64,000 bases of DNA, from positions 15,600,963 to 15,664,962 of the forward strand of contig CM119265.1 of NCBI GenBank assembly GCA_051294375.1, read 5' to 3'. Positions 42,812-55,842 of the stretch are shown piece after piece. Within the stretch, counting starts at the first letter, position 1; every line of letters begins with the position of its first letter. The notes under the pieces were generated by a model that was given only the letters and a program-made list of their open reading frames with translations, was not told the origin of the DNA and made no database searches. Source of the stretch: Paraspadella gotoi (taxonomy: Eukaryota > Animalia > Chaetognatha). The translations under genes and the position numbers were made by a program.

Positions 42812-43658
42812 TCAAACCGAACCGTGGGTCACTTTTTTCGAAGCAATACTGGGTTCATCCCATGCACTGGCGCGGCCTAGTGTCGGGTGGGTCCTGACAT
42901 TAAAGTGGACAAAGGAAGCGTCGCGGTGGCGTCGCTCGAAGGACTCGCGAAGACGTCGCTCTCGATCTGATCGCAGCTCCTCACGCCGGCGCCAAACTTG
43001 CATCTCGTGCTGTTGCCTATAGAGAGATACAAAAAAACCGAAATCAAGTAGACTGCCGAGCAGAATTAATCAGTATGATATATATTAGTTTAGAACTATT
43101 CAAATACGTAAGTACTTACCTTATACGCTGTCGCTGCATGATCCGCATCTTCAAGCTTTCCTCGTAGCTGTTGCCATCCCACTCTCCCCAGATGGCATTT
43201 ATCGCCGTCATTGGGCGGGCGGAGAACTTAACGGACGGTTTGTTTCCCGTTTCATCGTCATCTTCGTCGCTGCTCTCACTGCTGACGTCGGTAACAAGCG
43301 GTCGCTTGGCAACGACAATTTGCGCGGCATCCTTAAGCGGCCTCAACAAGGATATCGAGTCTCTACGAGTCCTCGAACATCTCGAGAAGTCGTTACGCGC
43401 CGCGGAAGGCACGTCGTCGTAGGACGAAGAAATAGGCGTCGGCGAAGGATTGTAAGGAGGAGGTAGGAATGCGTGTTGTGATAATACTGAAAGCAAAGAA
43501 TTTCGTTAACGAATTTTGTCTATTTGATCATTCGCGGTAGGCAAAAATCAATCTCGCTTCTCACCGTGGTTGTAATCTTCCGATGACCGTTTTCCGACCA
43601 GGGACTCTGACAAAGTAAGCTTCAGCTTCGTCCAAACCTTTTTCCCCGTCATTTCCAT
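42812..43658 (-). CDS. Uncharacterised ~220-aa protein (disordered N-half, charged coiled-coil-like C-half)
   Basis: Three phase-compatible exons: 43658-43565 (MEMTGKKVW...), ~43487-43119 (VLSQHAFLPPPY...QRQRI), ~43016 onward (RQQHEMQVWRRREE...). No recognised domain; the last exon boundary is uncertain. Confidence 0.6.
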
Positions 43659-43699
43659 GTCAAACCCGGAGTGATGAGTCCAAATCTACTAGATTTGAC

Positions 43700-44430
43700 T
43701 TCCAGATCGTTGTCACGGTGGCGATCGAAGCCATGGGCCGCTTGCCGCATTCACGTTATAGTTATTCATATACGATGGTTTTAATTCTTGATGCTTACGA
43801 CACCCACGTGAAACAAATAAATAACAAACAAACAACAAAGGAAGCTAGCCAAATAAACAATAAGCTTTGCATACATTTATCATTTTATGTCGAAAGGAGA
43901 CGGCGCGGAAGGGGAGAAAGAATGCGAAGGTTTCCCGAGAGATGGAGAAGAAGAAAAGAAAGAAGAGGAACAAATGAACATCGACTTTATTTTCATTTCA
44001 TTCTCTGACTCTGACTCTGACTTTCTCTTCTTCCGCTTCTTTCTTGCGTTCTTGTGTTCATGCGTTCATGCGTTCTTCGATGTTCGTTATTTACAATGAC
44101 ATGGTATTTATTAGTTGCACACCGTTGATAAAAATTAAAAAAAGACCCGAAATCTAACGTTTCTCTCTCTTTGGACCGGACGGCATCATTGAAACGCCAG
44201 TCGAAACACGTGCGCCGTGAAATCCTGTCTTGAATGTTATAAACTTTTATACCGCCTACCGATTCTCTTTGGTCACAAGTCGTTAGTTAACATGTTTTTG
44301 TAGTATTATCAGCTACATTTAATTTTGATTTATTCTATTAAAACAATAAGATATTTACTCTACAATTGGTATATTGGTTGTACCAATTTCATTTAAGATA
44401 TAACTGATATAACTGTTTTCATTGCAGAAA
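43700..44430. promoter_or_regulatory. Probable divergent promoter region between the minus-strand cluster and RPF1, with E-boxes
   Basis: The point where the long minus-strand run diverges from RPF1/EXOSC10; CACGTG at 43805-43810 and 44207-44212; acceptor TTTTCATTGCAG ~28 nt before the RPF1 ATG. Confidence 0.4.
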
Positions 44431-44455
44431 CTGTGATTTAGAACCGAATTTCAAA

Positions 44456-45469
44456 ATGGGTAAGGCCGAATTTGAAGATAAAGGAAAGGACGGAAAAAGC
44501 AAGACGTCGGAAACAAATCCAATTTCTTCGTCTGCAAATGATGCTTCGGATGTCGACATCCTTCCGAAGTCCCTCTCACACATCAAAAATAAGGATCGTC
44601 GTCGGGAGAGTCTTATTCGACTCAAAGCTCACGAGCGAAAGATAAAGATCGAAGCGAAGAAAAGAAAGAAGGCGATGGAGAAAGCGCTTGGGGACAAAGC
44701 GCCCCCGAAGCAGGTACCCAAGACTATCGAGAATCAGCGAGAGAAGGACGAGACGATGATCACTTTGGCCGACGAGGAGGTTGAGGCCTTGGAGGCCGTC
44801 GACGAGATGTCGGCCTTCTTTGATCGGCAACGACCTCCAAAGCTTCTCATCACCACCGCCGATCATGGGAGTCACCGCACCATCAAGTTCGCCAGAGATT
44901 TGGCAGACGTAATACCCAACGCCAAATACTACTACAGAAAAGGCCTCCCATTGAAAAAGATAATTAAGCAGTGTGAAGCTCACGATTACACAGAACTCGT
45001 CGTCATCAACGAAGACCGTCGAGTCCCCAATGGTCTCGTCCTATGTCACCTCCCTCACGGGCCGACCGCCCATTTCAAACTGACCAGCTCTAAACTCACT
45101 AAAGAAATGAAAAAAGCCTGCAAGAAGTTCGAAAAGGACTCCAAGCCCGAAGTTATCCTGAACAACTTCAACACCATGCTTGGACACCGCGTGGGACGAA
45201 TGCTGGCCTCTTTATTTCACTACGATCCCGACTTCGAGGGCAGGCGCGTCGTCACTTTTCATAATCAGCGGGACTTCATTTTCTTCCGTCACCACATTTA
45301 TGGATTCAGCGAAGACGGGAAAAAAATTGGACTCAGAGAGATCGGTCCTCGGTTCACTCTCAAGCTTCGCTCGCTGCAGAAGGGAACGTTCGATTCCAAA
45401 TATGGAGAGTTCGAGTGGGTTCACAGGCGACACGAAATGGAAACGAGCAGGCGTCGTTTTTTTCTGTGA
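44456..45469 (+). CDS. RPF1: Ribosome production factor 1 (Brix domain), intronless CDS
   Basis: [91 protein letters not shown]. Confidence 0.96.
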   Translation: MGKAEFEDKGKDGKSKTSETNPISSSANDASDVDILPKSLSHIKNKDRRRESLIRLKAHERKIKIEAKKRKKAMEKALGDKAPPKQVPKTIENQREKDETMITLADEEVEALEAVDEMSAFFDRQRPPKLLITTADHGSHRTIKFARDLADVIPNAKYYYRKGLPLKKIIKQCEAHDYTELVVINEDRRVPNGLVLCHLPHGPTAHFKLTSSKLTKEMKKACKKFEKDSKPEVILNNFNTMLGHRVGRMLASLFHYDPDFEGRRVVTFHNQRDFIFFRHHIYGFSEDGKKIGLREIGPRFTLKLRSLQKGTFDSKYGEFEWVHRRHEMETSRRRFFL

Positions 45470-45648
45470 ACTGTTTGAGTCGTTGCTCGGTGTCTTTATG
45501 GTGTTTTTGTCAATCGAACCTTGCCCTAGCAATTTGGTCTTTATCACTATCGCATTTAATGTTTTTTTTTAGTGAAATGAAAGTAAATAGGTACTAATAT
45601 TTACGGTGAGCTTAACTCTTGCAATAGACGCATTCGTAAAGCCCAAAA

Positions 45649-48610
45649 ATGGCCTCAAACGACGGAAAAGGAATTATACCTGGCTTTGACAATGTGTCAC
45701 AATACGTTTCAAATTTATTCCGTTCGGTTGTCGCGACTTCAAAAACGACCAATTCTCTTCCAACGGCGGGTAACGACTACGACTTCTATGCCAGCTTTTC
45801 TGCCTTTCAAGAGGCAATGTCTCTGGAAGGAGATAGGCTTTTGGAGCTTATGACTAATATAATGAAACATCAGGTGATTAAAGCAGTCAGTACATGGGTA
45901 TTAGACTATTAGTTCTCCGACAACTTCTTATTTCGTCGTTTAACTGACATTCTTATTATCCTGTTATACTTATAGGGCGCTCACAATTGCCGATTAGGAC
46001 GACAGCAAACCGCGAATGATCTGGAGGAAAAAACCGACGCCGTTATTGACGCCAACGATTTGATCTTAGAGCGAGTTAACAATCTTTTAGATGAGGCCTC
46101 AGGTTGGACCCTTTTTGCTTTCTCTATTTTTCATTCGAATGTCTTATAATAAAAATTGCTTTCTCTTTCAGGAAAGAAGAAGTCGGACGCGGCTTTGGTA
46201 ATTGCTTCTTTGAAAGAAGGACCGCGCGTGCCTTCCGGATCGAAAGTCGCGTCGTGGAACCGAGAAGCGGCCGGCGTGAGGGAAAATCGGAAATCGGAGA
46301 GATTGAACGATGTGAGACTTCTCGCTGCTAAGAATGTGCAAAGACCTCAACTGAGTTTTAAGGTAGACCATTTATTAATAAATGAAGAAATGAACAAATA
46401 AGTCTGAACTCACTAACGCATTCGCTTTCTTTAAAGGATTCGATTGACAATAGTCCGTTACCTTTCGTCTCCAAATTGCGTGACAAACCTCACTCCAAAA
46501 CGCCCTTTTACGGATTTCAATCTTCCGACATGGATGGCGATGAGTTGATACATCCATATCAAACAGAAATTCGCAGCCTGACTTACCCTGTACATCAACT
46601 GGAGCCGCATCCCGAACCGATCCCGTTTCCGGAATCCGTTGAGTCGACCCCTTTCGCTTTCGTGGACTCCGTTGCTGCTCTTGTTTCTCTGCGTGAAGCA
46701 TTAGAGAAAGTGGACTCTTTCGCGGTGGATTTGGAAGCGCACTCTTTTCGTTCCTTCCAGGGACTCACGTGCCTTATGCAGATTTCCACAGCTCACCAGG
46801 ATTATATCGTCGATGTACTCGTTCCGGAAGTCAGACAGGAGCTTCAAACGCTGAATATGGTTTTTGCCGATCCCGCCATCGTCAAGATTTTTCATGGGGC
46901 AGACTGGGACATTAAGTGGCTTCAGCGAGACTTCGGGATCTACGTTGTCAACATGTTCGACACTTATCAAGCCTCGAAATTACTGAACATTCCGCGACAT
47001 TCCCTCGCCTATTTGCTGTCGCAATACTGCGGTGTCGAGACGAACAAAAAATATCAGCTGGCTGACTGGAGAATCCGTCCCCTTCCCGAAGAACTATTGA
47101 ACTATGCTCGCACCGATACGCGTTTTCTTGGTTACATCGCGGCGAAGATGAAAAATGAGCTCTTGGAAAATGGAAACGCTGAAAACAACCTTTTGCTGGC
47201 TACCCTAAATCATTCGGCTCAAGTTTGCCTTCAACTGTACACCAAAACTATATTTGATCCTTTAGGTTACAAGGTTAGCATCATAAGTTGGATCCCTACC
47301 GAGTTGAAGAAAATAGTTTTTGATCATTTTCCCTTTATCTTCAGGGCATCCTTCGAAATCATAAGAAGAACTTTAATTCGCAACAACTCGCTGCGTTGGA
47401 ATCTCTTTATTCCTGGCGCGATTCCGTCGCCCGTCGAGAGGACGAAAGCGTGGGCTTCGTGCTCCCAAATCACATGATGCTGTCTATTTCCGAGGTCCTT
47501 CCCCGTGAACCTAACGGGGTTATCGCCTGCTGCAATCCTTTGCCCCCTCTGGTCCAGCAACAACTCAATGAAATCCACCGTCTCATCCTAGACGCGAAAG
47601 ATGTAGCACTCGTCAAGACTGGAACCCCCAACACGCCTACAACTCCCGTTCAGAAGTTGTACGCCCTCAATCCCAAGTACAACAGCGAGAAATTGTTACA
47701 TTGCCCGATCGATTCCAGTCACGGGATCGAAGATGACGACGTCTCTATGCAAACTGACGAGGTCGATCCGCCCGGGTCGGCCGCCATTGACGCAGACGTT
47801 GGGCTTTTGGAAAAGGCGCAACCTATTTTGGCCCTCGGGTGTGCCGATCGTCAATCAATCAATCCACATGCGGGAGCCGCCGCAAAGGCCTCTGCCATAC
47901 ACGATTCGATTCTCTCGCCATTTTTTATGTTTCTCCCCGTGAATCCGAAGCTGGTCCGTCCCTCGGCGCCCAAATGGAGAATAAGAATGTTGAAAAAATC
48001 CTCGAAGCTGATAGACATTCAAAAGGCATCGAAAACGGAACCGGTGCGGAAGCGAAACCGCGCCGAGGAAGAGGAGGAGAAAGCGAAAAAAGCCAAGACC
48101 GAGAAACTTGAAAAGAAGAAACTCATTCCTCTGAGCGACTTGAAGGAGATGGAGGAAGAACTCGAGAAGAAAAACGGCAAAGCGCAAAAGAAGAAGAAAA
48201 AAGGGATGAAGAAAGGAGAGGAGATCGACGTTGCGGAAATCAATCGGGCTAAAGCCAAGATCTTTCGCGAGTCGAAAAATGAAAAGCAGGTGTTGGGGAA
48301 GAGCAAGGACCAAGAGGTCTTGGTCGACGCTGATCACGAGGACGCTCAAGAGACGAAGCTTTCTGGAGAACAGTCGAAGAAAAAGAAAAAGATCACTCCG
48401 TTCGATTATTCCAAAAGTGACGTCAAGGTATTTAGCAAGGGGGTTGACAAAAAGAAGGCGAAAGCCTCACAAATCAACCCCAACGTGCAAATGAATAAAA
48501 AAAAGAAAGGAGTGAAAAAAACTGGCGTAAAACAGCACTACGGAGGGAAGGACTCATTCACGACCGCCATGTTCGGTAATTGTAAAAAAGGAGGAAATTC
48601 GAGAAAATAA
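45649..48610 (+). CDS. EXOSC10: Exosome component 10 / RRP6 (PMC2NT, DEDD exonuclease, HRDC, Lys-rich C-tail)
   Basis: DYDFYASF (PMC2NT), RPQLSFK|DSIDNS, HPYQTEI, FAVDLEAHSFRSFQGLTCLMQIS, FHGADWDIKWLQRDFG, YQLADWRIRPLP, WRDSVARREDES..FVLPNHMM (HRDC). Confidence 0.96.
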
Positions 48611-48699
48611 TTGTAAGTTAGAATTTTTTTTAACAAATGTTAAATCTGTTCTTCTAGTTTTGTTTCAATTGTTAATAAAAAAAATCAAAATTTCAAGTT

Positions 48700-49467
48700 T
48701 CAATTTTTCTTTGCGTAAATTCTTTTGGCGACGATGTCTCCGCAAGTGACCGTGGTCGTCATCACTTCCCCGTCGACGCTCCTGGAAATGGTTGTGTTAT
48801 TGGCTACGTTATTGGTGTCTTCTTGGCTAATGATTAGGGTTTCGCCGTCGAAGTTTGCCGTAGACTTCACGGTTCGGTCGTCGGCCGTTGTCTCGTCGAA
48901 TGCCATGCCCTCTTTGAAGATAACGTCTGTAGTCTTTTTGAAGAAAAAAGAAATATTAACTTTAAGTAGTCTCAGTCAGCTTTGAGTTTCAGTTTCAGTT
49001 ACATATTGGATAATTTTTATATTGGTTGTTGCAATTTCATATAAAAATTCCCTTAATTGGTAAGGTTATTCGTCAAAAAATATTTTGGTATTGCCAATCT
49101 TACGAAAGAAGTTGTGGAAATGTAATCATAATTGAGTAAGACATTGTATGAAAATTTTTTAAGCAATTGCATTTTCAATCTATATAGTTTATATATAATA
49201 GTCTTCTAAACAAATCACGAATGGATAACGTATTCGCTATTCAGCATCCATCTAGGCAGTATTTAAAATTCATGATTCAGAAATATTAATTACTTTAAAC
49301 GTCGATTTTGTCACAATACGCCAGTTATCCCCGTCTTTTGAGATAATGCAGTCTGGCTTGAGCGTGTTACCCATCGTTCTTGTCAGTGTACTGACGCCTA
49401 AGTGTACCATGTACTCGTCGAAACCTTCCGACTTTTGCAACGCCCACGTTCCGATTAGAGATGACAT
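48700..49467 (-). CDS. Fatty acid-binding protein (lipocalin/iLBP family), two coding exons
   Basis: GTWALQKSEGFDEYMVHLGV...KSTFK|TTDVIFKEGMAFDETTADDRTVKS...AKRIYAK, the canonical FABP signature. Confidence 0.93.
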
Positions 49468-50453
49468 TTCTGTCAAAACAATTTTTGGTAAAATTATTTA
49501 TGAGTGTATTTTCGTAGTAAACTATAAAAAGTTATCTTCTATTAAATATCACGTATTATTTACCAGATTTCGTGATAAAAAAAAGTTGTTTCTTCGTCGA
49601 AAGCCAAGACGCTCAAAAGGCAGAATCACTAAAAGCACTCATCGGAATAGATGAGAATAAAATTTGATTACTTTAGTTCTGGAGAGTGGAGACTAATTTG
49701 ATTACGATGTTAAATTAAAGAGCCCCCGTTTTTCGTCAATAAATGATTAAGTTTCCAGGGTTTTATATTTTTCCATATTCTTCCAGATGAAACATTTTAA
49801 CAATTTTTTTTTTACTATCGAGAAACTATAGAGAAATAAGAAACTAGCTTCTGTTGAAATATCCCAATTGCATATTACCCATAAGTCACATTAGTTGATT
49901 GCTCAACTTATTACTCTTTAGATATTTTCATCTTCTCAAACTAAAAGCGGGCCTCTGGAATTTGGACTTATAGAACAGTCTGACACATCCTGAAGAAAAC
50001 CGACGCCTTTGAAAAATTGTTTAAACATTACATTTAATGACTTTCCTAACTCGCTTGCATTATGTGAGGCTCCAGACGCTCCTTCCTGTGTGACGCGAAG
50101 TGTTATAATTTTTCTATGTTGCCCTTAATCGACTCAATATGGTCAGGGATTAGAAATTTACTTTTCCAGCTATCAAGCAAAGATGAGTTGAGCCTAATGT
50201 GTAAAGAGTATTCGACTATTCACGCAGAATAAGACTATAAAATATCTACATACTATTTGTGATGTAATTAGAACACACGAAACTAAACGGTATACATATT
50301 TATGGAGGTAATTTATACAGTAAGGCGGAACAGTTTACAAACAATCAGAAGTCCGGTATAAATATTGTTAATGTGTTTATTAAAAATTTTAAAAAATTTA
50401 AGATTTATTTTAAAGTTAAACGCATTGGATGCTGTTTTATATTATTGAAATAC

Positions 50454-50684
50454 TATATAATGTTGTGTTAATTTCCTTTCGTTTCGTTGTTTTTGTAGAT
50501 TTAGAGAAAAACAAAGTTTATTTGTTTATTTACAACGATTTTTTATTTCACATAGGGACATGTTTCGGCTTTATGTACAAGCCTTCATCAGCTTATACAT
50601 AAAGCCGAAACATGTCCCTATGTGAAATAAAAAATCGTTGTAAATAAACAAATAAACTTTGTTTTTCTCTAAATATATAATGTT
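50454..50684. mobile_element. Penelope-like element-derived palindrome (79-bp perfect arms) with intact minimal hammerhead core and ~11-bp target-site duplication
   Basis: Arms 50499-50577 and 50596-50674; minus strand reads CTGATGA-A-GGCTT-GTACATA-AAGCC-GAAA-CATGTC; TATATAATGTT at 50454-50464 and 50674-50684. Confidence 0.8.
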
Positions 50685-51492
50685 AAAAATTTTTTGGGGT
50701 AAATTAAAAATTTTTTATCAGATTCTGATAGAACTTAAAATTTTAAATATTAATATATTATTAGTTACATGACAGTTATTATTATAATTATTACAATTTT
50801 TTTAATTTTTAATAAAAATTAACAAAAACTATCAAATTATTTGAATGATAACGATGATGATGATTTTTTAAGGTTTTTTAAATTTAAACCCATTTATCAT
50901 TACATTTTTTAAAATTTATAATACTAACCTTTATTTAACTTTTTAATCTTTATCAGAATTTATTTTTAAATGTATAGATTTTTTAAAAACATTTTTTATA
51001 TATTTTTTATTTTTTTTATTTTTATTTTTTATATATTGTTAAATATTTTTATTTTTTTTAATTTTTTTTTATATATTGTTAAATATTTAATTGCTTCCAT
51101 GCGTGAGGAAAATGAATTTAATCAAAATCTAACATCATAAGTCAATTTGGTTGTAAATGGACAAAAGCCCGCCATATTATTCACTATTCAGATAACAGGT
51201 AATTCTGGCACATAACAAATCTCGGCTAAATTTTACTTTTGCCGACCGCGGTTTGAAATTGAAATTGGTACAACCAATATAAAAATTATCCATTTATGTA
51301 ATAAATAAGCTATCTGCCCCTGACTTTGGACAGGCTTTGGTGGTTTAAGGTCTCCATCACTCTTACAAGATAATGACATAGCAGGTCCATGCAAGCTTTA
51401 AATTATATTATATTTCTTCAAGTGCATGAGATGACTTTAAAAGAATAAATATCAATTTTATTAGAAGCGCCTTTATTTAATCTATATTGCGC

Positions 51493-53201
51493 TTAACTCA
51501 TTCGTTCGACGACGTCATTGGTTTTATTATTAGATAGTTTAAGTGATAAAAGCTATAAAACGTTTGTCGCAATGCCGATGATGGAAGAAGAAATGCTCCG
51601 ATAATCAAGGTTGGATTAAAACATATAAGAAAAATGCAGAATTTCCTGAACAGAAAAGCGTAATATATTAAGAGAAGTCAACTTGGAATTATGACGACGG
51701 ACTTACATATACTCTTGGAATTCTTTTGTGTTTTCCACTTGTTTATTTTGCGCCAGTTCTCCAAAGTATCGGATTAAAATAGCAACAAAATATGGAAGAC
51801 GGCAAACTAGAAATGCGGCAGTCACCCACAAGCATATTTTAAACACCTTTCAAAAATAATAATAACATTTAAAGAAATGACACCCACAGTAATCTGTGAT
51901 GACTTACCTGATTTTGCAACGAATTGTAATTCGAATTTCTCACAGAGGCCGTTAAAGTTGTTCGCATCTTCGCGACGTTTTTTATTTCTTTCACAATTTT
52001 GTAATTGAAAAGGCCAAGGAGGAAGAAGGGGAGCACGAAAGAAACGAAAAAAACTATGTTCGTTTTATAAATGAATATGTAGAGTCTGTTCGAGGTCCGC
52101 AAAGACGTTTTGACCAGTTTGTAGATGACTCGATTCAGGCATCGATCGAAACACCCCGCTCCCGGCTTTTTAGTAAAGAAAGTGGGGAGGATGTAAACGA
52201 ACGCGAAAAAATAGACGCTGGTGACGAGAGCCGTTACTCGTACGAGACCTGAAGAACGAAGATTCTTCTGACATGTCTTAGGTCAATAATTTAAGTTTAA
52301 TTTATGAACAAAATACGTTTTCAACTTCGCTTACCAAAAGGGCCTTGATTTGCGGTCGTCCGATACCTCAGGTAAGTGATGAATACCAAAAAATATATGT
52401 AAGCTGTATCGTTAATTTCTCTGAAAAAGTCTTGATACAATCTAATCTCTTCGTGTTGAATCCTATTCAGATGGTTTAATAAGCGAAGCCAGTTTTAGCT
52501 AATATTGAGGAAGAGAGAGAGAGATCTTTCTATTTTAATTTGACTCACTTCATGGCGTAATTAAGTCGCGGAAGACTCCATTCCCATGATTCCATTATCG
52601 AATTAATGACACTACATGCCAACAAAAGGCTTAATAGCAAATAAAATTCCGACAATGTTGCTGACGACGGTCTGTCAACAAGTTTGATTATATTAAGTTA
52701 ATTACAAACCAAAATACATTTTTCGTGGCGAATATTTCTTTATTTACAGATCTGCTCAAAAAAATTTTAATAGTTATGATAAAAGCATTTTATTTCGTTA
52801 TTTGAGGACTCAGTTAGTTAATATATTTCTCTTAGCTTTCAAATGAACCCAAGCTTTAATTAATAGGAATACAGACAAGCGAGATAGTAGAGGGTTCAAA
52901 GTTTAAACTTTTTTTTGAGCAGATCTGTAGATTTTAAAAAAAATTAAAACCTCTTTTTTCTTTTTTCCCTAATGAACAAAATCGCCATCACGGGTAGAAA
53001 TAACATGGAACCGACAAATCCAAAGATGTTGACCACTAGAGACGTGACGCCGTGAAACCAAAACTCGAACGTGGAATAGGAAGCGTCGCAATGAGGCGGC
53101 AAAGTCGCGAGCGAGGGGTCGCAGATCCGATCCTCGGGATTGATTGCCGACGCATTGGGATTCGGGGTTGTCCCGATCGATTCCGACATCATCGTTGACA
53201 T
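51493..53201 (-). CDS. Divergent class A (FMRFamide-receptor-like/chemoreceptor-like) 7TM GPCR, multi-exon
   Basis: Exons give TM1 FWFHGVTSLVVNIFGFVGS, a TM2-like segment, YIYFLVFITYLRYR (DRY-like), TSLR..RLYIFIY...FVLPFFLLGLFNYKI (TM5), FLVCRLPY (TM6) and FLICFNPTL (TM7). The TM3 region looks short and the stop position is approximate. Confidence 0.65.
52747..52927. mobile_element. ~181-bp MITE, Tc1/mariner-type, in GPCR intron 1
   Basis: Terminal inverted repeats CAGATCTGCTCAAAAAAA / TTTTTTTGAGCAGATCTG flanked by TA on both sides (52745-46, 52928-29); non-coding interior. Confidence 0.7.
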
Positions 53202-55738
53202 TATTTTAGTCTAGCATTTATTAGTAAAAAGAATACTGTATATTATACAAGTATAGTGTATAAATAATTTTTATTGATTTACTTTTTTGTGTTCAAGCCA
53301 AAATTTTTTTCGCCACCAAATTATTGAAATTCGCTATTTGGATAATAAAACAGCAAATGCGAGTCGAGATTCAGAAATCACGGGTTTAATTTCTATCCAA
53401 ACAAAATCACCCGTATGAAAAAAGTCTTAAAACTTGGTATTCGAAATCTTCTAAATAAAAAGTGCTTTGTAAAACTACTGTGAATTATCGAGCACGTGGA
53501 TCTTTGACTGTCTTTTACTTCTTTTGCTTTGTGCAGGCAATTGTGAGCCTATTAGTGCCAGCTGATTTGTTCGGTAACATCAAAATAGATAAGACACTTC
53601 GCAGTTAATTTTTTAAATTTCCCGGGCGATCGAAGCGTTTATTTTGGTTCCCTCCAGTATTTTTATTCAACTTAAGTGATTGAAAATTAGGTTGCCAAAT
53701 AACCGAAGATATTCAATTATTGATTAAAACAAACGTTAAATAAAGTGTAAACAGAGACTTCATAAAATGTTGACTAAATTGCTTAAGATATGCATCAATG
53801 ATAAAACAAAAAAATAGGAGCAAATATGGTCCAATGTATATGAAATTTTTTTTATTATACATTCTGATTTGTCTGAACGAACGAACAGACCGAGGGGGAA
53901 TACCAAAATCAGGGCCGGGATAGCTGCGGTTTCCTTTCCATATCCTTTTGTGCTCCAAGTCTCAAGTCGCCGTCGAAAAAACCTCGAACGAAGAAGACCT
54001 TGAGAATCAATGAAACCGAAGAAAGCTTCAAAAAGGAAATAAGGAAGAAAAAGTTAATGAGAATCACAGCTGCCCCTCCTTACGAGAGAAAAGAAAGAAA
54101 GCTTTGTTATTTCTTCAACGAACATTTTTGTTTGAAAATGGGACGGTAATGCTAAGAAGGTTTTATTACTTAACTCGAAGCAGGGAGTAAGTTTTATTAT
54201 CTCTCTAAATGAGGCATAGTGCACTAATGTTGAATGTTTAAAAAAAGAACGCCTAGTTAGAGGATCATCATTTGATAAACCACTTGACTTCATTTTCTTT
54301 AAGTATTTCATAAAGTTTAAGAAAAATAGACTATCTTTTAAGTTATTTGTGTATTCAACGTAATTACCATGTCAACCTAACTACCTACCACGTTCCACCT
54401 CTCTCAGTTACATAATTCATTTATGAAATACCTTGATCCTATGCTTTTTATATTGAGTATATAGTGTTCTTCAGTTTTATGTTACATGAAATTGGTACAA
54501 CCAATATAATTCATCCATTCATTTAATAAATAAATAAGGTTTAAGGCCTCCAACACTCAAGATACAAAAAGTAGCCGATTTTCAGTTTGTAGGTAACTTG
54601 TAATTAAAGTTACTTATCACTCATGAAACACAAAAGTTTTTAAAGGTCGTCGAGTAGTCGAAGTCGAAATACATTTTAAATTTTTTCATTGATAATTACT
54701 AAAATACTAGTTGTAAGAAATTATGATTAAAAAAAAATAAATTTACGGTATATCTTAGTCTGAAATGATAAATTTAAGAAAAGATCAGGTTCTATGACTT
54801 CAGTTTCGAAACCTCGATGATGTATCCGGGACAACTACAAGACTACCCTGCTACGCTGTTCCTTCCCGTCGCCGATTCGTCTTGTGTGGCGAGAAAAAAA
54901 AATCTTTTAACTGCCCGGATTGGCGGGAAGACACAGGGTCTTCGATCTCCTTTGACGAAGACACGGGATCGCCATTCACGGAGACGTTCATCATTGAGCT
55001 CATCTTCAGCGAGCTCCTCCCTCCCACGTCGATTCACGATTCCGAGTGTGAATCGTGAAAGAAAATCACCGCTCCTCCCGAAACGTGACCGTCGTTAGTC
55101 ATCTTCTTGACGGGTAACTCGTTTTTTTCAAAAAAAAACTAATAAATAAAAAAAATCGATTTAAAGACAACGAAAAAATTACGTATTAAATTATAAAAAC
55201 GCTAAAATACCGCGATTTTTTTTTTATTTGTTTGACCTTATTTTTGTACGTATTTTTGTCCTTTTTGGCAACTCATATTCACTTTGCATTATTGCGTCAT
55301 GGTCCATGAGAGGGCTTTCAAGCTTTCAAGTTTTACGTGTTCACAGCAAGACTTTTCTCTATTCGTTTTCACACTCATGAAGCGAAAATGCTTTTGTCTT
55401 GGATTTTCCGAGATTTTTATTGTGATCGGCGTCTCCTCTAATGGATGCTTTGATCTCAAATAGAAATGTCGTGCATCCACTTCGAGGTTAAGTGCCTCCT
55501 CGATATTATTCTTTTTTTTTCTTTTTTATTTCAAAATTCAAACGTTTCTAGAACTTTTCCCTACAGGTCAACAAACTGGAAAATTGATCTCGCAATCATC
55601 GTTTTTGTGATGAGGTTTCATCGATATTGAGGAATGTAGAAAGAGCACGAAAAATAAAGCATTATGCATATCGCCACTATAATTTCCGAGTCTATGACTC
55701 AGTGATTCAGATCTTTATTGGAGAAAATTCCAACTACC

Positions 55739-55842
<104 letters not shown>

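Noticed and set aside
54817-55098. GC-richer block with short ORFs on both strands
   Set aside because: No domain or convincing splice frame; may be UTR or regulatory sequence.
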